Shown: piece by piece, positions 13,279 through 24,615 of the stretch
How the letters are laid out: every line of letters begins with the position of its first letter
Position numbering within the stretch: the stretch's first letter is position 1
NCBI RefSeq assembly: GCF_009914755.1
Contig: NC_060945.1
Direction: 5' to 3' (one strand)
Length of the DNA stretch: 64,000 nucleotides
Source: the human T2T-CHM13v2.0 reference genome, Homo sapiens
Position numbers and translations under genes: made by a program
Notes under the pieces: generated by a model
Databases searched by the model: none
Told to the model about the DNA's origin: nothing
Seen by the model: the letters and a program-made list of their open reading frames with translations, nothing else

Positions 13279-13633
13279 GGTTAATTTTACATGCCAACGG
13301 GCCATAAGCTTCCTAGACATCCACTTAAATTCTGTTCTGGGTGTGTCTGTGAAGGTATTTTGGGATGAGATTAGCATACAGCATATGAACGAATCAGGAG
13401 ACTAAATATTTAAAACACATAGCCCTCCCCACCATGATTGTGCCTCAACCCATCTTTTGAAGACCAAAATAGAACAAAAAGCCAGAGAAGGAGAAAATTT
13501 GCTCTATCGACCTGACTGTCTTCAAGCTGGGACATCAGTCTTCTTCTGCTTTCCAACTCAGATGGAAATTTACACCATCAGCTCGACTGGTTCTTAGGAC
13601 TCAGACTGGAGCTCTACTGTCAGCTCTCCTAGG
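13279..13633 (+). mobile_element. MLT2-family ERVL LTR (partial)
   Basis: 'ggttaatttt..ttctgggtgtgtctgtga.ggt..ggatgagattagcat', 'aatagaacaaaaag', 'agctgggacatcagtcttct..caccatcagctc'. Confidence 0.8.
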
Positions 13634-13897
13634 TAAGGAGACCCAGATCCCTCTCCCGTAACACACCCCACGACATGTGCAGATTTCAACTGCTGCTCAT
13701 TGTGCTACCCTACGGGAATTGGGGTTCAGGGAGCTGGTGCAATTGCCGATACTCTGGCCATTGCCATTCCTGTGAATGAAGAGTCCCTTGCCTGACCCAG
13801 GAGTCTCGTCTCTCATGTCCACATCCATTAAGCCGTAGTTGACTAATTGTTAGCTTGACTGTAAGGTAAAATCTCAGGGCCTTCCCAGTTCTTCACA
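13634..13897 (+). mobile_element. ERVL LTR 3' part (MER54-like)
   Basis: 'ggggttcaggga.ctgg..tgacccaggagtctcgt..ttgttagcttg..ggtaaaatctcag..cagttctt.aca'. Confidence 0.6.
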
Positions 13898-13934
13898 GGT
13901 ACTAACTAGTTACTTCTTTCTGTAATTCTCTATT

Positions 13935-14300
13935 ACATTAGTTAGCATGGGCTAGATTAAGCTGTAGTACCAAAGAATATTTTAATGCAGCATCTCATCC
14001 AGCCAAATTCTGCAGTGGTTCTAGGTGAATCTCCAGAGCATCTGTCCTCCACATGTAGACTCTGCCTCTGGCTGCTTCATTCTGATGTTTTCTCCTTATA
14101 AACTGTTGCTGCCAATTTATGAGAAATAGCTGGCTGGGAAGTTGAGCTTCGAAAACCAAATGCTTTCCCCCATGAGCGTCATATGTCACTCCCTCTCATG
14201 GTCATTGGTCAAAGGAAGTTACCCAGGCACACCTAGTATTAAGGAGTATGCGAGTGCCATCTCCCCATGTGCCTGAAGGTAGAGGAATGAGATTAACATA
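13935..14300 (-). mobile_element. Old MLT1 (J/K/L-type) LTR, degraded
   Basis: 'gtcactccctctca..cattggtcaaaggaagtta..ccatgtgcctgaagg.agagg' motif. Confidence 0.45.
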
Positions 14301-14397
14301 TGAATATTTCATATTCAATGGAGAAGAATATTTATAAATAGTAAAAATGGTTACTAGGACTCTTACATTATTTTTTATTTTACAATTTTAAGCTCTT

Positions 14398-15148
14398 TAA
14401 ATTTATTTTAATCAATTTTTAGGGTTTCTTGCTTTATTAAGATATGACTGATAAATACAAATTGTATATATTTCACATGTACAATGTGCTGTTTTGATAT
14501 ATATATACATTGTGAAATGATTACCATAATAAAGCTAATTAACGTATCCACCATCACCTCATGTAGTTACAACAGTGTGTGTGATGAGAACACTTAAGAT
14601 CTATTCTTTTAGTAAATTTCAAGTCTATAATACAGTATTATTAACTGTAGTCATTATGTTATACATTAGATCTCCATAATGTATTTATCCTGCATATCTG
14701 AAACTCTGTTCCCTTTGGTCAACATCTCATCATTTCTCCCACCATCACCCACCAAGTTCCTGGCAACCAACATTCTATCCTCTGCTTCTATGAGTTTGAC
14801 TTTTTTAGATTCTAAATAAAAGCTAGATGGTGCAATATTTGTCTTTTTGTGCCTGCTTTATTTCACTTAGCATGATGTCCTCCAGGTTCAACCATGTTGC
14901 CAGAAAATACAGGATTTCTCTCTTTCTTGAGGTGGAACAATATTCTATTGTGTGAATGCATCACATTTTCTTTATTCATTCACTCATCAATGGACACTTA
15001 GGTTGTTTCCATGTCTTGGGTATTGTGAATAATGCTGCAGTGAACACAGCAGTGTAGATATCTATCTGAGATACTGATTTCAAAAAGTTAAAAGTAGAAC
15101 AATTTTTATCATCCAGCAATTTCACTGCTGGGTATATATTCAGTGGAA
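14398..15148 (-). mobile_element. L1MA8/9-like 3' end (antisense) with a short inverted 5' segment (15082-15148)
   Basis: Antisense L1MA 3' UTR 14430-15081, then sense 'aaaagttaaaagtagaac..atccagcaat..ctgggtatat..ggaaa'; TSD aattttaagct(t)ctt at 14384-14397 and 15149-15163. Confidence 0.88.
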
Positions 15149-15245
15149 AATTTTAAGCTTCTTGTGGGCAGAAATGGTCTTACTCTTTTAAATAATTCTC
15201 CACAATGCCTTACACAGCATAATCACCTAAGCATTCATTTTACTG
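15149..15245 (+). mobile_element. L2 3'-terminal fragment (target of the L1MA insertion)
   Basis: 'taagcttcttgtgggcagaaatggtctta..caatgcct.acacag' resembles the L2 terminus 'taagctccttgagggcagggac..gcctagcacag'. Confidence 0.5.
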
Positions 15246-15521
15246 ATTAATTTTTATTTAATCTAAAAAATTACCATCTTTACTGAGTTATAAGAGGCAG
15301 GCAATAACAGCTGAAATCAGAATAATCAGTCCTTTGAATTACAGCCTTGAAGATGAATGTCTAGGCTATGTAAGCAGATTGTTCACAGCAGAGGGTGAGA
15401 AACAGAGTAAGTCTCTCCCATATTTTGGTGTGATTGATAATAAGCTGAAATACTAGCAGAACTAGGGCTTGTCTAATGGTAACTCTGCTTTAAACCTAGA
15501 ATTTCATTTCTCATCTTTAGG

Positions 15522-15710
15522 TCAATGTTTCCCAAAGTGCTAAGATATGAATAGGTGTTATATGGCAAAGTAAGGGCCTGTGGTCAACTAACTTCAAGAA
15601 ATTCTGGGATTCACAAAGCTAAAGAGGTCTATTTACTGCAGAGCTTCTCAGAGCCTCCAATATGATTTATTTAAAGCACTTTGTGAATTAATTGAGGAAG
15701 ATATAGTACT
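15522..15710. mobile_element. MER103-like hAT-Charlie fossil
   Basis: 'ca.tgtttcccaaagtg..gtggtcaa.taa..acaaag.taaa.agg..tttactgcag..cttctcagagcct..aatatg'. Confidence 0.55.
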
Positions 15711-16424
15711 TGCTAAAGTATATATGTGGACATCTTAGCCTATGTCATTCCCAAAAGCAGAGATTGTGTATTTGGGAAACGATCTCAGGGAGCAGGTATG
15801 AGGAACCAGAAGAGTAGAAAAAAGAGATAAGCAAAAAAATAATGATAAGATTTGTATTACAAATGTGTTGTTATGAGTAACTAGTGCTAGATTTATCTAG
15901 GATCTTCTGAGAAGGCTTAATGGAATGAGACTAAGAAATCTACAACTTGGCAAGCAAGGGGCAAGCACTTATCAATTCCCTCCAGGCCTAGGGTAGCCTC
16001 ACAGGTATTGTCTTCCCCACATTCCCAGCATTTGTGTATGTGAGCACAGAGTGTGTTGTCTTAGACCTTCCACCCTGCATTATCAAGGGAGCCCAGAGGA
16101 TACGGTGAGAGACATGTGGACCTGGCTTGAGGAAGGGGTGCTGCCTGGTTACACCTGTCCTCAGCCTTTCAGAGCATGCTCAAAACCAGTTGCTGCAGCA
16201 GCTTCTGGGAAAAAAGTTGGGACCAGAATGATTTGCAGTGGTATACAATGGTTTTTAATAAAATGCCAGGCTTCTCTTTTCAGAAAGCATTCTACAAAAT
16301 TACTTTGGAAAAATCTAATGAAAGTTTCCTCTACTATAAAAGTAGAGGAAAAAAGCTACCATACAAGTTTAAGACATAACGAAGTACAGTATATGGCTAA
16401 CAAATGTTCTTAAATATAAAAAGA

Positions 16425-16625
16425 TACTTTAAAATTTTGTTAAGAGGATAGATCTTACGTTAAGTGTTCTTAACACCCACATGCACACACACACACACCA
16501 AAGGGATACATGGAAATTTGGGGAGGTGTTGAATATGCCAATTTTTTTATTGTCATGAAGGTATCAGGGATATTTGCATATGTCCAAACTCATTGAATAG
16601 GACACATTAAATATGTTTATTTATT
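16425..16625 (+). mobile_element. L1MB-type 3' UTR fragment
   Basis: 'aagaggatagatcttacgttaagtgttctt..gcatatgtccaaactca..cacattaaatatg'. Confidence 0.65.
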
Positions 16626-16657
16626 TGTATTATTTGTAAATATAGAGAGACTGAATT

Positions 16658-16661
<4 letters not shown>

Positions 16662-16696
<35 letters not shown>
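16662..16696. repeat. (TG)17 microsatellite
   Basis: Uninterrupted TG run. Confidence 0.97.
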
Positions 16697-16698
<2 letters not shown>

Positions 16699-17459
16699 TG
16701 TAACCAATACCTGCATTTTTTCAGAATTTTTAAATTTATTTTTCAAGTAATTCTAAGTATGACCTAAAAGGTAAAGGACTCACATTCTGAAGCAAAACAA
16801 ACCTGGATTAGTAATAATGAGTCTTCCTAGAATTTGAAAGCAAATAAAGTTGTAAAGAAAATTCTGATTTAAATTCTGAGCAACACTGGCTGTAACAAAA
16901 TGTTTATAGTTATTGTAAAATGCCTGAAAATCTGTTTTTACAAATAATATCTTATTTTCTATAAAAAGCTTTATATCCTCAATTCTTAGGTTTTTATTTT
17001 ATAAAGGCATTCATGGAATCTAATGAGATTATTATTACTTCCACAAGTGTAACATCTGTAGCTCAATTAAAAGCAAGACTACAGAAGCACCATTCAACAA
17101 TACAAACATTCTCAAGTTGTGTACACAAGGATAAACATCCATTAAGTAATCAGCTTAAAAGAGAGGTGCTATGAGGCAGAAACAAGAAAATAACAATCAA
17201 GAAAAGCAGTTTTAAAATGAGAGGGAATGATAAGCTAGAAAATTGACTTCTAATACAACAGGGTAGGCAATTTTTTTCATACATATATTTGAAGTCCTTA
17301 CCATTGATTTTTTCTACACCTTTGACCAAAAAATTATTTTCTTAATGTTTCTAATTATTTTCTCCAAAATATTACATTGAACCATAGTTTTCAAAATGAA
17401 CTTTGTCATTGAGTCAGTTTAGAAATGATGGAAAATGGAATAAGACCACCATTAATTAT

Positions 17460-17575
17460 GTGTTCCTGGATGGTTTAACTGTTCTCTTTCCTCACCTGCC
17501 AGATGGCAATAATAATGCTTGCTACCTAAGAGGGCTATGGAATTCCCAAATGAATGGTGTTATGTGAAAGCAATA
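17460..17575 (+). mobile_element. MIR fragment
   Basis: 'tttcctcacctg..agatgg.aataataatg..tacct..gagg..tatgtgaaagca'. Confidence 0.55.
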
Positions 17576-17922
17576 TACAGTTACTATTCTCAAGAAAGCA
17601 GGTCAAATACTTTCCTGCAGGTAGTAATGAAGTTGTTTCCTCGTCATTGTGTTTTTATACCCATGAGTTTGAATTGAGAGCTTTTCATTTTTTTCAAGTC
17701 TAATATCAAATATACTTCTTACTTTAACCTATGGGCTAATATACCATTTGATCTAAGTCTGTTTTCCATATCCAAATCTATTATTCCACAATATCACTGC
17801 CAGTAAACATTCAGACTCTAAAATTCAAGTTTCAGAAATAAATTCAACTAGGTTTATCAAGAAGCAAATTTTCAGTGCTGCAGACTGCATTAGTGTTGTT
17901 CATTATAATTACAAAATACTAT

Positions 17923-19287
17923 TGTTAAAGAAAAATTGCACCCATCAAGATGAGCAAACAGAAATTGTTATTCCAACACCATTTCCAGCAACAAGGGAAA
18001 GAACACAGACCAACTCCTAATACTCAGCTCTGATAAAACAAAGGGCCAGAAAGGACATGAACAGATGCTTTTCAAAAGAAGACATACATGCTGCCAATAG
18101 GCATATGGAAATATGTTCAACATCACTAACCACTAGAGAAATGCAAATCAAAATCACAATGAGATACCATTTCACACTAGTCAGAATGGCTATTATTAAA
18201 AAGTCAAGAAACAGATGCTGGTGAGGTTGTGGAGAAACGGGAATACGTTTACACTGTTGGTGGGAGTGTAAATTAGTTTAACCATTGTAGAAAGCAGTGT
18301 GGTGATTCCTCAAGAAGTTAAAAACAGAACTACCATTCAACCCAGCAATCTCATTACTAGGTTTGTACCCAAAGAAATATAAACTGTCTTATCATAAAGA
18401 CAACAGGCACCTGTATGTTTACTATGGCACTATTCACTATAGTAAGGACATGGAGACAACCTAAATGCCCATCAATGGCAGACTGGAAAAGAAACTATGG
18501 TAATATTCAGCATGGGATACTATGCAGCCATAAAAAAGAATGAGATCACGTCCTTTGCAGGGACATGGATTGAGCTAGAGGCCATTATCCTAAGAAAACT
18601 AACGCAGAAACAGAAAACCAAATACTATGTGTCCTCACTTATAAGGGGGAGCTAAATGATGAGAACACATGGACACAAAAAGAGGAGCAACAGACACTGG
18701 GACTTACTTGAGGATGGAGGGTGGAAGGAGGGAAAGGATCAGAAAGAAAAAATAATTATTGGGTACCAGGCTTAGTACCTAGGTGACAGAATAATCTGTA
18801 CATCAAACCCCCATGACACAAGTTTACATGTATAACAAACTTGCACATGTATCCCTGAACCTAAAATAAAAGTTAAATTTAAAAAAGAGCTGGGGTAGGG
18901 GGATGTTAGACTTTCTCTGTTTGCTAATTGGCTTTACCCAATGGAAAAGAAACTTTCTCCTGTCTTTATGACAGGAGGTAATTTTACAACTTGAAATAAG
19001 ATGCCCATGGAAGTTAAGCTCCTACATTTGCAAAGAGGAGGGGAGATGGGATTCTATCTTCCCTGATGATTACATTTCAAAGGGATGGTTCCCAGGAGCT
19101 TTAGAAAGACTGTCCTGGATTGAAAAACTGGCAAGAGGCTTTTTAAAAGATTTACATCTCAAAGGGAAATAGAAAAAAATTTAATTACAAGTTTTCTAAA
19201 GTGAATGGTGAGGACTAGAGCTAGGAAGAAACGTGTCTAAGGTTTAGTCAAGCTGCGGGCAGAGCAACGTGAAAGCTGTCTTGGTCA
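17923..19287 (-). mobile_element. MER67-like ERV1 solo LTR split by an L1PA insertion
   Basis: Ends tgttaaagaaaaatt ... 'gtttagtcaagctg..gtcttggtca'; internal 'gatttacatctcaaaggg', 'caagttttctaaagt'; 4-bp flanks ctat / ctgt. Confidence 0.75.
18050..18886 (+). mobile_element. L1PA15/16-like 3' end (~840 bp) nested in the LTR
   Basis: 'aaaggacatgaacaga..aagaagacatac' through 3' UTR 'gggtac.aggcttagtacct.ggtgaca.aataatctgtac..ccccatgacacaagttta..cctgaacctaaaataaaagtt'. Confidence 0.92.
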
Positions 19288-19737
19288 CTGTCAATGTGCA
19301 AAACTTAAGCCAATTTTATCTCCTGTTCCCCAATAGCTAATAATTTAGATGGAAGACAAGAAAGACAATAATAATGATAAATAAGTTCATTATATTTGTT
19401 TAGTTCTGTTCAGCTTACAAAGTACTTGTGGTGGATGGGAACAAGAAGTCCAAAATGAAATCTGAAGGGACAGAAATGATCTGGGGCTCACAGACTCTCA
19501 AAACTAGCACCCTACAGTTCCTGCCCAAGACAAAGCTCCAACTGAGAGTCAATCCAAGGAATGAATGACAAATTGAGAACAGAAACAGTAGACACAAAGA
19601 ACAAAGAATGTCCAGATGAAACTGAAGGAGGAGATAGATTCAGGAGTTCTCATGAAGTCCCATGTCTGTTTTTTAAAGAGTTTATAGGAACACCAGAAGG
19701 GGGAGCCTCAGTGCAGTAAAGTTAAAAGCTCTTCTGA

Positions 19738-20037
<300 letters not shown>

Positions 20038-20342
20038 CACAATCCCATTCTAAAAATACAGGAAATTCCTTCCACATAAAATTGTGCAATAGAAAAGGAT
20101 AAAGATAAAATTATATATTAAGTTATTATAATAAAACAGAGAATTATGTCTCTTCACGTATTGAAACTACACCAGAAAGATAAGCCTTCAAAAGAGATAA
20201 ACATGAACAGGAATTTTAAAATGAGGCAAAGACATCAGGGACCTTAAGAAATGAGTCAAGAGGTGTAGGAATAACATACATCAGAATAGAGAAATGCAGA
20301 GGTGAGGTGATAAATCTCCGGGGAAAAAAATATAAATAAATG

Positions 20343-20616
20343 TGTTAAAGCGAACTAAATATGGTTTAAGAAGGACTTTATACTTCTACATTTGAGTCCT
20401 TGTGGACGAATCATAATGTAGCTTAACAGGCAGACCAGATTGAAAACCTAACTTAGGTTGATTTCTTTTGTCTGTAAATTTGTTCTGACCACAGGCACCC
20501 CTGGAGTCTCTGAATCTGCTGTGATTCTGGAGGCTGCCTGATTCGCAAATCATTTCTCCTTTTTGTGCTCAGTTAAACTCCATCAAATTTAATTTGTCTT
20601 AAGTTTTCTTTTAACA
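20343..20616 (+). mobile_element. MER57-family ERV1 solo LTR with an internal deletion
   Basis: Starts tgttaaagc.aactaaatatgg..agaaggact..tttgagtccttgtgga and ends 'ttaaactcc..aaatttaatt..gttttcttttaaca'; flanks aatg / aaag. Confidence 0.85.
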
Positions 20617-20929
20617 AAAGAAAAAATTTTCTGAAACAAAAACAATAAAGGAAAACAAAAATGTAAGAATAAGCACAAAACATAATATTTTAAGAAAAAT
20701 AAAAGATTAAATGGAGAAAAACATTTAAAATAAAAAAGAAATGAAGAGATGAAAGGTTTTAATAGAAAGAGACAAAGTCAAGACAAAAAAGATTAACCAT
20801 ATAACAGGATTTACCAAAAGGGGGAAAAGAGCAAGCAGGAAAACAGCACAAATACTAAAAACTTTAAATCAAGTAAATGATCCATGAATAAAGAATTTGA
20901 GGTATCTATGTGAATTCATAAACTATTTC

Positions 20930-22200
20930 ATATTTACAAACTGAAAAGACTCAGAAATAATGATTGATTCAGTAGCAACAAGCATCCCTAATTTTTACAT
21001 TGTGTTCTTAAAATACTATTTCCCAATAAAGACACCAACACTGTAAAAGATAAACTTGAAACATTTTGTCATACCAGATAGCAAGGACACTGCAAAAATT
21101 ATTAAGATTTTATTAAGAAGCCACAGAGAGGCCGGGTGCAGTGGCTCACACCTGTAATCCCAATACTTTGGAAGGCCAAGGCGGGCAGATCACTTGAGGT
21201 CAGGAGTTCGAGACCAGCCTGCCCAACATGGTGAAACCCTGTCTCTACTAAAAATATAAAATTAGCCAGGCATGGTGGTGTGTGCCTGTAAGCCCGGCTA
21301 CTTGGGAGGATGAGGCATTAGAATTGCTTGAACCTAGGAGGTGGAGGTTTCAGTGAACCCACCTTCAGTGAGTCAAAACACACAAAATATGTTAAAAAGG
21401 TCACTTGTGGAAAAACACTTGCTAAGAAAACAACCCTTTGTTTTGAAAACTAGTGAGGGGAAAGGAATCTGGCATTAACTTTGCCTTTCCTATTGTAACT
21501 ACACAACATTAGATAACCAGAGAGTTAATGAAGTGAATTTTTTCTTTACAGAAGTATTCCAACTAATAAATCAAGGAGAACTTAGAGAATCCAGTCATCA
21601 TCTTGTAACCCTGATGAATTAATGGATCTAGCCATTGAGTCTATCAGTGACTGCTAGCGTCACAAAAAGGAAGGCAATCAATCATTAAGTTTCTCCTGAT
21701 GGAAGCAAATGTTGCCATCTATGAAGCCAGTTTGCCAAATAACTAAGCCTGAATCTCATTAAACTTCTAGGTCAATACGTAGAAAAACCAGAGGACAGAG
21801 GTACATGTAACACTACAATAGGAAGAAGAAATCAACAAACATATATATATAGGGACAGATGGAGAGAAAGAAATTGTGAGAGAGAAAATAAACTAGGTTT
21901 TAAAATGCTTAGATATACATATTTTTAAAAAACTAAATTACAGTGGCATTTGTGTGGAAAATAAACGTAAGCAATACATTACCAAGAAGCCCAAATAGTG
22001 GTTACTTTTGTTGGGAGTGGCAGTGGTGAGGTTTCACCATGCTGGAGGGCCCATGGAAAGTATGTGAAATGGCTGGGGATGTTTAATCTCTTGACCTGGA
22101 TGGTGGTTACAAGGATGTACGTCTTACAGTTCATTAAGCTGTGCATTTGTTTTGTGTGGTTTTCTGACTTTATATAATATTTGACTATTAAGAATATTAA
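20930..22200 (+). mobile_element. L1MC4/5-type 3' region, interrupted by an Alu
   Basis: 'gtagcaacaagcatcccta', 'gaagtattcca.ctaataaat', 'gaattaatggatctag', 'tcttgacctgg.tggtggttacaagg..attaagctgt.cattt'. Confidence 0.6.
21130..21375 (+). mobile_element. AluSx/Sz-like, 3'-truncated (no A tail)
   Basis: ggccgggtgcagtggctcacacctgtaatccc through 'ggaggtggaggtttcagtga'; terminal part of the right arm missing. Confidence 0.93.
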
Positions 22201-22209
22201 AATTTTCTA

Positions 22210-22435
22210 AAATAGGTTTAGGAAATAATAGGTTAAACACTGTTAAATAGGATTCTTTAATTTAGTTGCTCTTGGGGCCTCGAAAATGCTATTGCATATT
22301 GCAAATTGTTAAGGCAGTGAATTAGCTTGCAACATTTAACAATCTAATTTGGCCAAGGAACACTTTTTTCCCAAGTCAGCTTTTAGTAGTTCTCAGGACA
22401 CTAGTGTTCCCTGAAGTACAGCTCAAGGAATGCTC
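22210..22435. mobile_element. MER103-like hAT-Charlie fossil
   Basis: 'ggttaaaca..gttaaatagg', 'tttggccaaggaacactttttt', 'cactagtgttcc..ggaatgct'. Confidence 0.45.
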
Positions 22436-24080
22436 CTCTGTTTAATACATCAGTGTAGAAAATTAGTATCCTGGGTCCTTTAAAAATATATATATATAGC
22501 ATCAAAATAGCAATTATCTAATAACAAGGACTTAATTTACTAAACACTCAGTACGAACCATTTTAAACACTTCAGGCTTGCCAGTATAAGGTTTTACTTC
22601 AACTGAGAATATTCCAGTTCTTAACAGGTAGTCATTGCCGTCCATTGGAAATAAAGTTGCAATGACTGGTTTTCTGGCACTATCCATTGCTTTCTTGATC
22701 ATTAAAATAGAATAATCCTTTTCAATAGGAACAATGAGACTATGATTTAATAGGAGAATACAAAATTAAGGTCAACAAAATTAAAGTCTCATAATTATTA
22801 TAGTTTTATAATACATTTTTTGTTGTATACTGTAAAAATAGTACCTATGAAAAGCTCAATTAATTTATACTACTTATTCCTATTAATTATGTTCCACCAT
22901 AATGTATCACCATGCAAGATGAAGATCACAAGTTTTAAAGGAAACTTGCAAGAGATGCAGGAATTCAAACTGACCTCCCCATATGCAACCAAAATTTTCT
23001 GCCAATGTGTTGTGTGTTCCATCAAGACAGAGTACATTTAGGAGGCAAGAGAGTCCCAGTATAAGCCAAGGATGTAGTGTAGAGGAGATATAAATGGACA
23101 GGAATGCTGAGAGAGGTGAGGTAATCAGTATATGCTGAGGGCACTAACGCTATGCAATGTGGAGCAGATTTAAACGAACAGAGGCCCTGGGGTCTAAGTT
23201 AATGCTGCTTCCAGGGGAGAGGTTTCCAACAATAAAGACAAAGAAATTATTCAAACTAGTTAATTTTTTAAATGGGGCTTACACTTTTTGTTCCTGTTTT
23301 GCCCAAAAGATAAGGGCAAGTAAGCACTGGGACTTTTCAGTCTAAGTTTGTTTTCCATAAAATCAAAGTATTTGGGAAATTAATTTTTTATGTTAGAAGA
23401 AATTAATATGAAGAAGGTCATGTCAAAACAACTCCATTAAATATAAAATTAGATTATGGGTACCCAAGTGGTCTTTCACACCGTTTCCTACTGTGCCGCA
23501 GAGTGATAGTAGGCCTCTCAGTCCCCTTCCCTCTTTTAAAAATCTCCATAAAAATGTCCCTTCTCTTTATTATAAAGAGAAATTCATACAATAAAAATTG
23601 ATATAAAAGCCTTATTTTAAAAATAGAATTCATCTCATCCATTTTAAGTTTGAAAATTAACTGTCTTCAAGCTTTGCTCTATCAAAGTGCTTGGGGAGCC
23701 AAGCTAGGGGATTACCTATATGAGGGAAAGCTTTTGGGAATGAGATCTGTTAGATATATTCAGGTAACTAGACCCTACATGTAAAACTACAAAAGTGTGT
23801 GAATTGTGATGAGGTATGGCCTCATTTTACCAATTTAATATTGACTACTAATACGAGGCAAATGCTAGTGTTTGAGGTTCTTTTCTTTCTTTCCACTTCA
23901 AAAAACAGTATTAGTGAGCCATTAAATAAAAACTAAAGTCTACAAAAGAGATACACAACTGTCTCTAAACCCTTTACTACTATGCATAATTATAGCAAGT
24001 ATTAAGTACATTATCAAGCTAAACTAATGCACTTGTAACTATGACTGAAACCGTTTCAGAAGTTGTTATCATGAGTTAAA

Positions 24081-24615
24081 TGCATTCATTCATTCATTTA
24101 TTCAACACATATTGAATAATCAATATGTATTGATTATTCAATCCATAGATCAATAGAAAAACAAATGGCATTATTCTTGCTCTCTAAGAACAAGAAGTCA
24201 CGAGAGAAAGTCAGAGGAGTAAAGAAACAATCAGTATTCCTTTAAGCAGTGAGTGCTGCAACTGTAGAAACACAGTGGATCTAGGAGTGTCCAGTGCAGG
24301 GGAATCTAACTAGGACTATACAAATGAGAGGAGACTCCTAGAGAAAGTGTCTTCTAGGTTAAAAAGGAATTGACCAGGCAAAAATATGACAGAAGCACTC
24401 CGTGCAGGAAAAATATGGACAAATGCTTTTGGCAAAAGAGAGTGGGAAGTATTTGGGTAATCGGAAAACACTAATCAGCTGAAGTCCAAGTGGAAGGGGG
24501 TTGGTAGAGAGAGGAAAAAGAGGTGGGCAGAAGGGGGCAGGGCTCCTTGTGATGCTTGATGCTCATCCAGAGCGCCATGGGGACCCCCCTGAAGATTTAA
24601 ATGACAGTGAGTTAG
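24081..24615 (-). mobile_element. L2 3' region (antisense), degraded
   Basis: Starts with (cattcatt)n..ttcaaca, the reverse complement of the L2 tail, followed by purine-rich degraded L2-like sequence. Confidence 0.6.

Noticed and set aside
15735-16220. Possible old ERVL LTR (LTR16/33-like) and the ORFs at 16051 and 16176
   Set aside because: Similarity too weak to call by eye; the ORFs have no recognisable homology.
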